Origin: a virus
Lineage: Duplodnaviria; Caudoviricetes
Strand: one strand, 5' to 3'
Virus record (IMG/VR): IMGVR_UViG_2562617158_000001
Location: 1 to 64,000 of that record
DNA length: 64,000 bases
Positions 54,526-64,000 of the stretch are shown here, in pieces. The translations under genes were made by a program, and so were the position numbers. The stretch's first letter is position 1. Every line of letters begins with the position of its first letter. The notes beneath the pieces are model-generated. The model was not told the origin of the DNA, ran no database searches, and saw only the letters and a list, made by a program, of their open reading frames with translations.

Positions 54526-57500
54526 TTGGATAAATTTGATTTAGAGTTCCTTATGGATAAGAAAACGAACCTTCAGAACGCTCGCAATACTATGTCTGAC
54601 GGCCACTTACGGTATCTCTATGAACATGCTATGGGTCATACCGCAGCGTTTGACCTACAGCGTTTCGGACACCATCATGGTAAGTCTGGCGGTAAGATTT
54701 TTGCGAGTATTGCAGGATTCATTGTTGGCTTTACAACTCCATGGCTGTTTGGCGCAAAAGCGTTCGCAGCTGGTGTCATGGGTGCGTCTCTCTTTGGTTC
54801 TGTATGGAGCGCAACGCATCAGCAGAATGTAGACTCTAATGGCTCTGCCGATGTATCTCGATTTGACCGTGCGCAGGAGACCATGAGCTCTGATGCTCAG
54901 ATTCCTATTGTCTATGGCACGCGACAAATCAGTGGCAATCAGACCTTCCACCAGACGAATGCCGATGCAAACACGCTGCATAAGCACGTTGTCCTCTGTG
55001 AGGGTGGCATCGAAGGTGTTGTGTCTGTCATGGCAAGTGACATGATTATCCCTACAGGCTCCCAGACGGGCAATACGGTGTTCACGATTATGAACAACAA
55101 GTATTCCGATGCTCGTGTGCGGAAACATGGTCAGGACTTTGACTTGTGGGCAGGAGACAATCATCATCACATCCATCTGTGTACCAAGAAGGAAGTAGAG
55201 AATAGTCACGATACGTACTGGGAATACCAGGTATCTGTATCGTCTCTTATCTCGTATATCAATCAGTTATATGCCGAGGGATGGCAGGCATTCCCCGTTG
55301 CATCTACCAACAATTACCCTGGTGATTTATGGGACGCCGAGGGCAATGTCTATGTAGAGACGCCTTGGAGTAAGCTGTTCGAGAATCAGGATAAGTACAA
55401 CGAGCAGAACTATGTGACCATTGACGCGAAGAATAGTTTCATCAACTTCTGCGCTGACACAATCAGGGGCGGCACGAACTACACTTTCCATGACTGTGAA
55501 TCCCCATCGAATTACAATGAAGTCGGTGGCTACCCTGCAATGGCATGGCTCGACATGAATTTCATTGTGTCCAATGAACTCAACGGCAATCCTAGTGTTA
55601 CTGCTGTTGTCATGGGCAAGAAAGTCTATGATACTCGTACCAAGACTACGGCTTATTCAACGAATCCTGCCATGTGTCTTCGTGACTTCATGTTATCGAA
55701 ACGATATGGATTAGGCCGTTGGATTACAGCAGACGATCTTGACGAGGACTCATGGAATCGTGTTGCTGATTACTGTGATGAAGAAATCAGTTTCCTTGAC
55801 GCATCCGGCGCAATCATCAGGGCAAAACGCTTTGAGCTGAACATGGTCATTGACCAGAAGAACAGTGCATTGGACTGGGTACAGGAAATCCTTGCTAACT
55901 TCCAAGGCTATCTTACACTCACTAATGGCAAGTTCAAGCTGCACATTGAACAGCAGACGGATGTCTCGTACAAATTCAATGACGACAACTGCTCTGACCT
56001 GAGTGTCACTCCGTTGAGTCTCAACGATACGCCAAATAAGTACACGGTGAAAATCATTGACCCGAGAAACAACTGGAGTTCCGTTGCATGTAACGTAGAG
56101 GACTATGCAGACCAGAAGGAACGCCAGAAGATTATCACCAAAGAGGTTAATCTGAACGGCACTACATCTCAGTATCAGGCATTGAGGTTGGCGCGCTTCT
56201 ACCGTGACCAGAACTTAGCATGTCCGTTGACTTTATCGTGGAAAACAGGAATCAATGGTATGCACCTTGAACCAGGCGATGTTGTTACCATCAGCTATCA
56301 CAAGGTATTTACCGATCTCCCTGTACGTATCACGGAAATCAAACAGGATGACGATGGAAAATTTGAACTGACAGGCCGTCAGTACAATGATACCATCTAT
56401 GGCGATGCGCTTGGCGGTGGTGTTCACTGGTATAACTACACGGATACTACGCAGACAGTCGAGAAGCGCACTCCGTCAAATCCTGCAAACCTAAAAGCAT
56501 ATACACAGTATAGACGCTATGAAGATGGCACAACGGGATACGACGTAATCTGCTCATATGAGTTACCACAACGCTACGATGTAGAGACAGGGCTAGTCTA
56601 CTATAAGACCAATCATATGACAGCGGCTCAAATCGGGACGTTTAAAGAGGGCGAAATAGTTGATTCCGTTGGCTTATCGAGGGAATGGATATATGCAGGG
56701 GATTCTCCTACGAAAATCGTTATATCCAACGCAAAAGTCGGCGATATCTATGAGTTCCGTGTGCAGAGCCGTACAACCGATGGATTAATCTCTAGTGAAG
56801 CTAATGCACCTACTGTGACTATTAAGGTAACGGCCAAAGAGACAGTACCGTCACAACCGTATAACCTGACCTATGATTTTACTAAGGCGTTCACTTTTAA
56901 ATGGTCTGACGTCCCTGATTCTGATGTGGTGTACTATGAAGTCCGAACGGATACGAACGTAGGAAGTATTAATGGGTTGCTCGGTAAGACACAATCTACT
57001 TCTCTCGATGTGAATATCATGGAGCGCAATGGTACAGTCTATGTCTACAGTGTAAATACGCTAAAGAAATACAGCTATCCTGCAAAAGTAACATATAATT
57101 ATCCAAAGCCAGATGCACCGAGTTACATTCACTTCACTGAGGCTCTACGCGGTGTCAATGTACTAGTGGCTCCATTTCCCGCTCATGTGAAGTCCATGCG
57201 GCTCTACGTGGAAGGACACAATATCTCCAAGGTATTTGACTTAGACAATGCATCGTATACATTCTATGGTGAGCCTGACATTTATAATTTCTGGGCGTCT
57301 TACGTTGACCTTATGGGTGAAGGTTACACATCTGTAAAATATGCTTACACGATTAAGCCTGAGTTGAATCCAGAATGGCTCAAGGACGAAGCTATCTCAC
57401 TCAAGAAGGTAGACAAAACCATCCAGAGTGCGGTTGCTGATGCGCAAGAAGCTATCCCTCGATTAGATAGTGTAGATGGGAACATCGAGACTATTAACAC

Positions 57501-59133
57501 GAATATCTCTGAGTTGCGTCATACAGACACAGAGCTGACGTCAACCATTGTACAGAACAAGAAGGACGCCGAGAACTCTGACGCCGCACTTGCTAGTCAA
57601 ATCGAGCAGACAGCCGATGAAATCAGGACTACAGTCCAAGAGAACAAAGACACAACCGACAGTGCTATCTCTCAAGTATCACAAAAAGCGGACAACGTAA
57701 AAGTTACAATCGAGAATAACCTCAATAACACCGACCCGTCGAAAAGCGTATATAAATCTATATCGCAGCTTAAGGTTGATATTAATGGATTGACCACAAC
57801 TGTACAGAATAATAAGTCTGCAACAGACACTCAGATTTCTCAAATCAAACAGAATGCAAATTCATTAAGCTCTACTGTGCAAAACTATCATACAGATGCT
57901 AACAATCAGATTTCTGGACTGTCATCGCAAATCGAGCAGAACGCAAATAGTATCACGTCGGTTGTCACAAATCTCTCCGATTCGACCAAAGCAAAGGCAA
58001 ATTACTCTGCTATTGCTCAGTTAGATAACGATATTGCACTTAGGGTATCTAAAAACGATGTTATCAATCAAATCAATATTAGCAAAGAATCTATTCTCAT
58101 CGACGGCAAAAAGATACATATCACTGGCGATACTCATTTTGACAATAATGTCGTTGTGCGTGGCATGATAGCCGCAGGAGCCATTACTGCTGATAAACTG
58201 AGTGCTAGCACATTAGCATTGAGCAACAATCAGGGTATCAAGGGAGGTAACGTAATACTTGATTCCAATGGTATGGCATGTACAGATTCTAGCGGTACAA
58301 CCATACAGTTTGGACAGGACGGCATGACCTCAAAAGACAAAAACGGGAACAGCTTTGCAATACTTTCTCAGTGCATGATGGGCGTAGCTAAAAATGGTCA
58401 GTATGTGAAATTCTCGAATCCGTGGACGGAAGTCCCTGTTATCATTGTTACGCCACAGAACATCCAGACAAACAACCCTGCGTACAGCACATCAACGGTA
58501 AGATTGCATTGTTATGCCGATGAGGTATCCGTGAATGGATTCAGGATGCGCGCTTATAGTGGCATTGCGGATGGTGCTGGTTCAATTGCAAAAAATCAAA
58601 GTTGTGGGACAATGACATGGACAATTGGACGTTCGTATGATGCTTGGAATGATTTGAATCCAATCTTTGGTAGTAAGAGTATAAACTTCAACGTGTCAAT
58701 GCCGAGCAATGCAAGTTCGGTTGTATTCCACGGAAGACTACGGACAAATGCTCACTTTAGAGAACCACAGATGAAGATACCAAGTTCGACAAGATACCAA
58801 AGGCTGGAAGTAAAATGTAATGGCACAACTACGTACTCTGACGTTCTGTGGAATAGTGGAGACGGAGAGGTCGGAATACAAAAGAATACAGATATATACA
58901 CGTCTATTACAACCAGTAGTATCTCAGTTACAAAGGGAGCTGCACTAAACTGTACGCTGACAATCGACCCGTGCGTTTTACATCCAGGCGACGGTAACGA
59001 CTCATTGGATATTGAATTTATACTTGATTCAATTGACTGTAGGATTGATGGTGAACAGGTACTTGATAACGATGGAACAGGAGCGTTCTTTATTGTGAAC
59101 AAGAGTAACGGATTGTATACGGTTACAGATTAA
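54526..59133 (+). CDS. Tail tip / host-specificity protein J-like with FN3 domains
   Basis: IPIVYG, LCEGGIEG, NPAMCLRD, LEPGDVV; FN3 repeats; coiled-coil stalk. Confidence 0.85.
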   Translation: MDKFDLEFLMDKKTNLQNARNTMSDGHLRYLYEHAMGHTAAFDLQRFGHHHGKSGGKIFASIAGFIVGFTTPWLFGAKAFAAGVMGASLFGSVWSATHQQNVDSNGSADVSRFDRAQETMSSDAQIPIVYGTRQISGNQTFHQTNADANTLHKHVVLCEGGIEGVVSVMASDMIIPTGSQTGNTVFTIMNNKYSDARVRKHGQDFDLWAGDNHHHIHLCTKKEVENSHDTYWEYQVSVSSLISYINQLYAEGWQAFPVASTNNYPGDLWDAEGNVYVETPWSKLFENQDKYNEQNYVTIDAKNSFINFCADTIRGGTNYTFHDCESPSNYNEVGGYPAMAWLDMNFIVSNELNGNPSVTAVVMGKKVYDTRTKTTAYSTNPAMCLRDFMLSKRYGLGRWITADDLDEDSWNRVADYCDEEISFLDASGAIIRAKRFELNMVIDQKNSALDWVQEILANFQGYLTLTNGKFKLHIEQQTDVSYKFNDDNCSDLSVTPLSLNDTPNKYTVKIIDPRNNWSSVACNVEDYADQKERQKIITKEVNLNGTTSQYQALRLARFYRDQNLACPLTLSWKTGINGMHLEPGDVVTISYHKVFTDLPVRITEIKQDDDGKFELTGRQYNDTIYGDALGGGVHWYNYTDTTQTVEKRTPSNPANLKAYTQYRRYEDGTTGYDVICSYELPQRYDVETGLVYYKTNHMTAAQIGTFKEGEIVDSVGLSREWIYAGDSPTKIVISNAKVGDIYEFRVQSRTTDGLISSEANAPTVTIKVTAKETVPSQPYNLTYDFTKAFTFKWSDVPDSDVVYYEVRTDTNVGSINGLLGKTQSTSLDVNIMERNGTVYVYSVNTLKKYSYPAKVTYNYPKPDAPSYIHFTEALRGVNVLVAPFPAHVKSMRLYVEGHNISKVFDLDNASYTFYGEPDIYNFWASYVDLMGEGYTSVKYAYTIKPELNPEWLKDEAISLKKVDKTIQSAVADAQEAIPRLDSVDGNIETINTNISELRHTDTELTSTIVQNKKDAENSDAALASQIEQTADEIRTTVQENKDTTDSAISQVSQKADNVKVTIENNLNNTDPSKSVYKSISQLKVDINGLTTTVQNNKSATDTQISQIKQNANSLSSTVQNYHTDANNQISGLSSQIEQNANSITSVVTNLSDSTKAKANYSAIAQLDNDIALRVSKNDVINQINISKESILIDGKKIHITGDTHFDNNVVVRGMIAAGAITADKLSASTLALSNNQGIKGGNVILDSNGMACTDSSGTTIQFGQDGMTSKDKNGNSFAILSQCMMGVAKNGQYVKFSNPWTEVPVIIVTPQNIQTNNPAYSTSTVRLHCYADEVSVNGFRMRAYSGIADGAGSIAKNQSCGTMTWTIGRSYDAWNDLNPIFGSKSINFNVSMPSNASSVVFHGRLRTNAHFREPQMKIPSSTRYQRLEVKCNGTTTYSDVLWNSGDGEVGIQKNTDIYTSITTSSISVTKGAALNCTLTIDPCVLHPGDGNDSLDIEFILDSIDCRIDGEQVLDNDGTGAFFIVNKSNGLYTVTD

Positions 59134-59150
59134 AGGGAGTGTGATACAAT

Positions 59151-61949
59151 ATGTTAAACGCAGGATTTCAATATCTAGAACAACGAGACGCAAATGATAC
59201 CATCACAAAAAATGGTGTAGTTGGCAAGAATAGCCCCTTTTCTGCGCCGGATAACAGTGGTATCTATGATGTAATTGCAGAAGATTTACGATGGCTCAAA
59301 GAGAATATAGATGATGTGAAAGACACGTCTGACCTAGAAGCCATCAAACAGTCTGTGACCGATATGTATAACACCATGAAGAACGATTCTTCGTTTGGTG
59401 AAGCAACGGCTAAGGCTCAAGCAGAAGAAGCAAAGAAACAGGCACAGGCGGCGCTAGAATCTGCAACGAACGCTAAGACATACTATGATGATATTACGAC
59501 AAAATCTACGGAAGTCAATAATACCATTGCAGAGATTAAGTCCTATATCGAAAAAGCAGAAGCACTCAATGAGTCCAATAAGACACTTGAACAGTCTATT
59601 TCTGATTCTGCCACGGTGGCGACAAATAAAGCTAAGAGCGCGGCCAGCAGTGCTACAAATGCGGCTACGAGTGAAACCAACGCTAAAGCATCGGAAACCA
59701 AAGCTAAGGCAAGTGAGACTAATGCCAAGGTATCCGAGACCAACGCAGCTAAAAGTGAATCTAATGCAAAGGCTCATATGGACGCTACGGCAACTAGTGA
59801 GTCGAATGCGAAAACTAGTGAGACAAACGCAAAAGCATCGCAGGCAGCGAGTAAAACGTCGGAAACCAACGCCAAGACCAGTGAGACGAATGCTAAACAG
59901 TATTCCATTAATTCTTCCAATAGTGCTGATTTAGCTAAGGCATGGGCAGAGTCCAGTGATTCTCCTGATTCGGTAAACGATACAGATTCGACAACTGGCA
60001 AAACTCAATCGTCTAAGACGTGGGCAATCTATTCAAAAGACCGTGCTATTAGTGCCTTCACCTCAGAGACTCATGCAAAGACCTCTGAGACCAACGCTAA
60101 AACCTCAGAAACAAATGCGGCCAACAGTGCTACCAATTCAGCGTCCAGTGCAACAGCCAGTGCAAATAGTGCCGAAGAAGCCGCTACTAGTGCTACCAAC
60201 GCAAAGACAAGTGAGACCAACGCTGCTACGTCTGCATCTAACGCAAAGACCTCAGAGACGAACGCTAAGACATCAGAGACTAATGCAAAGGCCAGTGAGA
60301 CTAATGCGGCAACGAGCGAAGGTAACACGAAGGGGTACATGGAGAAAGCACAGGTTGCCTATGAGTCCGCAAAAGCAATCCAGTCTGTTGTTGACGTTGC
60401 TAAAGCCGATGCGGAGAAGTGTGTTGCTGACGTAGAAGCCGTAAGAGATTCGTTAGCTAAAATGATGACGTATCAGGGGTCTGTAGATAATTACTCTGAT
60501 TTGCCGGCAAATCCTCAGGTTGGCTATTCGTATAATGTTAAGAACGCCGACAAAACACATGGTGTAAACGCAGGAGATAACCTTGTATGGAATGGTACGG
60601 ACTGGGACAACCTTGGTGGTACTGTAGATATGAGCCTATTCGCTGAACTTGGTAAGGACGTTCGTTTTAATGCTGTCACGGCTACGACTTTCACAGGTGA
60701 CTTGAAGGGCACAGCAGACAAAGCGACGAACGACAAGAACGGCGCCGATATTGCGGCAACGTACTTGAAGAAAACAGGAGATACTGCAACAGGTAAGATA
60801 ACGTTCAATTCAACAGACTTGAACGCGCTCCCCGAAGTCAAAAAAACATCTGATGACAATATGAGCGGCATTCGTTTTTCTTCTAAGTCAAAATTCCTCG
60901 GCGCCGTCGGCAAGCGTTTGTCGAACGGCGAGGACTTGCTGAACTTGCGAAGCGATAATACTACGACAGATATCGTGCTCGACAGCCGGAACTATAATAA
61001 CTTTGCTCCCACAAATACCGGCTCCGGCGCTTCCGGTACATGGGGTATTAATATCGCGGGTAATGCCGCGACGGCAACAAAACTCGCCACTGCCCGCACG
61101 ATTGCCCTCAGTGGCAACGCAAGCGGCTCGGCCACATTTGATGGTAGCGGCAACGCAACAATCAACGCGACGGTCAGCGAGAGTGCTCACGCAACGAAGG
61201 CGACGCAGGACACGAACGGGCGCGCCTTTACGGATACGAACGCTTATATGCATATCAGCTATTTAGCGAATGGTACAGACTTTAATGACGTCAAGACGAC
61301 GGGTATTTACTATTGCACTCAAGATACGTACACTAACCGGCCGCATAATAGTTGGGGTATCCTCACGGTTTATTCTATCGGCACGGTAAAACAGGAATAT
61401 AGGCCAGACAATGCGGCAGTCTATTACACGCGCGAATATAATAACTCGAACTGGACAGCATGGAGCAAAGTCGCCGCTTCTACTGCTGATAATGCAGACA
61501 CGGTGGATGATTATCATGTTAGCGACATTATAAGCAAGATATATCCGGTTGGTAGCATCTACATGAGCATGGTTGCGACGAACCCACATGACTTGTTTGG
61601 TGTTGGTACATGGGAACGTATTAGTCAGGGGCGTATGCTTTTGGGTGCAGATGATAGTGCCTATAAGGCAGGAGCAACTGGCGGCGAGGCTACACATACG
61701 CTGACGGTTGATGAGATGCCACGCCATTTTCATAACTATGACTTGTATGTTGGTGATTACGGAGTTAGCCAAGGTGATGCTAGACAAGGCAAGTTCTTAT
61801 CCGCAATCGCCACTGCTCTTACAAATAAATCTTTTCTCTGTGGCGATGGGAAAAGTAATGAAAATCACCTTTTGCCTGCTGGTGGTTCCCAGCCACATAA
61901 CAATATGCCGCCATACATCGTTTGTTATATCTGGCAACGGACAGCTTAA
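59151..61949 (+). CDS. Long tail fibre with Ala/Ser-rich heptad repeats and C-terminal tip domain
   Basis: (A/T)SETNAK repeats; DFND..TTGIYY; YPVGSIYMS..GTWER..GGEATHTLT..HNNMPPY. Confidence 0.85.
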   Translation: MLNAGFQYLEQRDANDTITKNGVVGKNSPFSAPDNSGIYDVIAEDLRWLKENIDDVKDTSDLEAIKQSVTDMYNTMKNDSSFGEATAKAQAEEAKKQAQAALESATNAKTYYDDITTKSTEVNNTIAEIKSYIEKAEALNESNKTLEQSISDSATVATNKAKSAASSATNAATSETNAKASETKAKASETNAKVSETNAAKSESNAKAHMDATATSESNAKTSETNAKASQAASKTSETNAKTSETNAKQYSINSSNSADLAKAWAESSDSPDSVNDTDSTTGKTQSSKTWAIYSKDRAISAFTSETHAKTSETNAKTSETNAANSATNSASSATASANSAEEAATSATNAKTSETNAATSASNAKTSETNAKTSETNAKASETNAATSEGNTKGYMEKAQVAYESAKAIQSVVDVAKADAEKCVADVEAVRDSLAKMMTYQGSVDNYSDLPANPQVGYSYNVKNADKTHGVNAGDNLVWNGTDWDNLGGTVDMSLFAELGKDVRFNAVTATTFTGDLKGTADKATNDKNGADIAATYLKKTGDTATGKITFNSTDLNALPEVKKTSDDNMSGIRFSSKSKFLGAVGKRLSNGEDLLNLRSDNTTTDIVLDSRNYNNFAPTNTGSGASGTWGINIAGNAATATKLATARTIALSGNASGSATFDGSGNATINATVSESAHATKATQDTNGRAFTDTNAYMHISYLANGTDFNDVKTTGIYYCTQDTYTNRPHNSWGILTVYSIGTVKQEYRPDNAAVYYTREYNNSNWTAWSKVAASTADNADTVDDYHVSDIISKIYPVGSIYMSMVATNPHDLFGVGTWERISQGRMLLGADDSAYKAGATGGEATHTLTVDEMPRHFHNYDLYVGDYGVSQGDARQGKFLSAIATALTNKSFLCGDGKSNENHLLPAGGSQPHNNMPPYIVCYIWQRTA
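59635..60325 (+). repeat. Imperfect 21-bp tandem repeats encoding SETNAK(A/T)
   Basis: Recurring AGTGAGAC(C/T)AA(C/T)GC units in tail fibre. Confidence 0.8.
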
Positions 61950-61963
61950 TAGAAAGCGAGGTA

Positions 61964-62344
61964 ATGCTTACGTTTGACATTAAAGAAAATAAGGTGGTCT
62001 ATCAGTACGATGCTGAGGGTGTTTTGCTCAAGGCTATTGTGCTGGACGCCACAGACAGAGCAGAAAATGGCGACTGGATTTATCCAACGAGAACAACTCC
62101 GGTTGTCCCGCCGCTTTCCAAGAAGGGATATGAACTCATCTGGAAGAACGGTGCATGGCAGTATCGTGTGTATGTGCCAAAGCCACTGAAAACCGATGAG
62201 CAGATTGCAAAAGAAGAGTATGAATCTATGCAGAACGAGTGCATTAACAATCTCAACGTTGCTATGCTGAGAAACGACGATAAAGCCATTGCGTCTGTAC
62301 GTCAGGACTATGCCGATTTGCAGGAATACTACGGAGAGAATTGA
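61964..62344 (+). CDS. Tail fibre assembly protein
   Basis: Follows fibre; YQYDAEG..PTRTTPVVPP..W.NGAW. Confidence 0.65.
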   Translation: MLTFDIKENKVVYQYDAEGVLLKAIVLDATDRAENGDWIYPTRTTPVVPPLSKKGYELIWKNGAWQYRVYVPKPLKTDEQIAKEEYESMQNECINNLNVAMLRNDDKAIASVRQDYADLQEYYGEN

Positions 62345-62369
62345 GTTTTTGAAATGAGGTGTATATAAA

Positions 62370-62525
62370 ATGGCTAGAAAGAAATTTACATTACCGCCGA
62401 GATGCCCGTATTGCGCACATAAACTTCGCGCGGATGGTACATGTCAGAATCCAGAGTGCATTATCGGGTATGTTCCAGAGAAGACAAAAGATACATCGGA
62501 CACGTCTAATACGGAAAATAAATGA
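62370..62525 (+). CDS. Small zinc-ribbon protein (51 aa, not in ORF track)
   Basis: RBS GAGGTG; RCPYCAH...CQNPEC. Confidence 0.55.
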   Translation: MARKKFTLPPRCPYCAHKLRADGTCQNPECIIGYVPEKTKDTSDTSNTENK

Positions 62526-62767
62526 TGGGACAAGACGATGTTGTGAAGATGCTAGAGAAGCTCAGTGACATCTCTGAACGTCTAGCAAAAGTCGAAGTAA
62601 TACTCAATGAACGATCCCGTGCAACCAGTGAGATAGTGGAAACTCTAGAGCAGCACGAAGAACGCATCCGTGAACTGGAACAATCAGATACCCAAATGTT
62701 CACGACGAAGAACCTCTTTGTGTGGGGCGTTGCAACCCTCATTGCAGCTTGGGGGGTGCTTCATTGA
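62522..62767 (+). CDS. Coiled-coil + C-terminal TM protein (XhlA-like lysis accessory)
   Basis: HEERIRELE coiled coil, C-terminal TM; in lysis cassette. Confidence 0.6.
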   Translation: MMGQDDVVKMLEKLSDISERLAKVEVILNERSRATSEIVETLEQHEERIRELEQSDTQMFTTKNLFVWGVATLIAAWGVLH

Positions 62768-63075
62768 AAGACAAGATATTGCAGTTTGGTAAATGGGCAG
62801 AATCTAATCATATGACACTGATATACCTTGCAGGAGCATGGGTATTAGCACTGTTGAGTCTTTGGAGTCTGTCTATTTTGATGTGCTTCTGGCTCAATGG
62901 ACTCTTTGGTTATCACTTTGAACTGAATGTGGGTATCAGTGGGATTGCCACGATTGCCACGGCAGGAGCTACAGTGTATGGCATTGCACGAGCAGCGCAG
63001 GCAAAGTACAACACTGACAGTACCGTGAATACACCAATGAGTATCATGCCGTACAAGGGAGGTAATAGTAAGTGA
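62764..63075 (+). CDS. Holin
   Basis: Two TM segments immediately upstream of endolysin. Confidence 0.6.
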   Translation: MKDKILQFGKWAESNHMTLIYLAGAWVLALLSLWSLSILMCFWLNGLFGYHFELNVGISGIATIATAGATVYGIARAAQAKYNTDSTVNTPMSIMPYKGGNSK

Positions 63076-63662
63076 GACAAGTTTCATTGGAAGAAATCAA
63101 GGATATGGCAGAGAATTGCCGTGAATCTATCTGGGAACAGGCAAAGGCATACGGTAGGGAACCTAAGATTTACTTGCACTGGACAGCAGGGCACTATGGT
63201 CAATACTATTTGAATGACTACCACATTGCCATTGACTATGACGGCTCCATCTATGTAGAACACGACCTGGACGAGGTGCTTGCCCATACGTATCGTAGAA
63301 ATACAGGTGCAGTTGGTATTACACTTGCATGTTGTGTCGGTGCTACATCCGACGATCTTGGCAGTGAACCACCTACGGCTGAACAGATTGAGGTCATGGC
63401 ACAGGTCATCACTGTTGTTGCAGATGGACTCTGGCTGACCATTGACAAAGACCATGTGATGACTCATGGTGAAGCTGCGGATAATGAAGATGGTATCTAC
63501 CCGCACGATCCGTATGGTCCTAAATCGACATGTGAGAGGTGGGACTTGGAATACCTGGGAACCAGTGAGTCTCCATCGTTCAATCCGTATGCAACCAATG
63601 GCAGCCGTGGTGGTGACGTACTGCGCGGCAAGGCTATCTGGTATCACAATCAGGGGGTATGA
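63072..63662 (+). CDS. Endolysin, N-acetylmuramoyl-L-alanine amidase (Amidase_2)
   Basis: IYLHWTAG, YHIAID, HTYRRNTGAVGI, THGE. Confidence 0.88.
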   Translation: MRQVSLEEIKDMAENCRESIWEQAKAYGREPKIYLHWTAGHYGQYYLNDYHIAIDYDGSIYVEHDLDEVLAHTYRRNTGAVGITLACCVGATSDDLGSEPPTAEQIEVMAQVITVVADGLWLTIDKDHVMTHGEAADNEDGIYPHDPYGPKSTCERWDLEYLGTSESPSFNPYATNGSRGGDVLRGKAIWYHNQGV

Positions 63663-63664
63663 CT

Positions 63665-64000
63665 ATGGAGAAGGTCAAGGGATTCTTTGTTGACCATTGG
63701 AAGCTCATTGTGGCGTTCGTTTTTGTCATTGTCTTATCCTTTGTCTGTGGATGGAAAGCCTGTGTTCATTTCAACAAGAACGTTGTAGAGGTTCCTGTGA
63801 CAAAGGTTGAGGTTCGCGAGGTAAAGGTTCCAGTGGAGACACAGGCAAAGACGGAGATTCAATACGTCGAAAAGGAGACTCCACAGGATGCCGATGTACA
63901 GATCACTAAGCCTGCACCAGAAGTCGTAGTGGACTACAATGGACAGCAGACGAAATTTGAGACGTTAGACAATGAGACTCAGAAGTTCGACAAGGGAAAG
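63665..64000 (+). CDS. Putative inner-membrane spanin (Rz-like), truncated by window end
   Basis: ATG 63665; N-terminal TM (LIVAFVFVIVLSFVCGW) then V/E/K-rich stalk; follows endolysin. Confidence 0.55.
   Translation, partial: MEKVKGFFVDHWKLIVAFVFVIVLSFVCGWKACVHFNKNVVEVPVTKVEVREVKVPVETQAKTEIQYVEKETPQDADVQITKPAPEVVVDYNGQQTKFETLDNETQKFDKGK

Noticed and set aside
59151-61949. Diversity-generating retroelement targeting the tail fibre
   Set aside because: No reverse transcriptase ORF and no TR/VR pair differing at adenines was recognised in the window
1-64000. Alternative genetic code / stop-codon recoding
   Set aside because: Genes are full length under code 11 and no suppressor tRNA was found; the only breaks are the intron, the G7 tract and the chaperone frameshift

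Overview
This window is most of the genome of a temperate tailed phage (siphovirus-like, long tape measure), probably of a diderm Firmicute (Negativicutes-like host, inferred from the spanin-like gene after the endolysin and Firmicutes-type RBS and promoters). Layout: (1) 1-870, ImmA-like protease and XRE repressor with a divergent promoter/operator switch; (2) 870-17.1 kb rightward replication and nucleotide-metabolism arm (T7 gp2.5-like SSB, Bro/Rha antirepressors, primase-helicase, Cas4-like nuclease, RusA, nrdD/nrdG, RNA ligase, HNH-dUTPase fusion, sigma-like regulator, thyX); (3) 17.1-26.1 kb leftward arm of small accessory genes, a tyrosine recombinase and a RadC/JAB protein; (4) 26.2-28.5 kb mostly non-coding, rich in repeats and structure; (5) 28.5-33.4 kb PhoH, a frameshifted PAPS-reductase-family gene, tRNAs, an HNH gene and structured RNAs; (6) 33.5-64 kb packaging, head, tail and lysis genes. 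Most notable: a tRNA gene split by a cassette carrying an HNH endonuclease plus an intact tRNA-Gln; a 117-nt tRNA-like RNA with hairpins inserted in both the D and anticodon loops; an ORF-less group I intron in the tape measure gene; an HNH-dUTPase fusion; two families of repeated promoter/operator motifs; and paired cGNAg/cGNNAg mini-hairpin modules in two distant non-coding regions. All calls come from reading motifs by eye; no database search was run.
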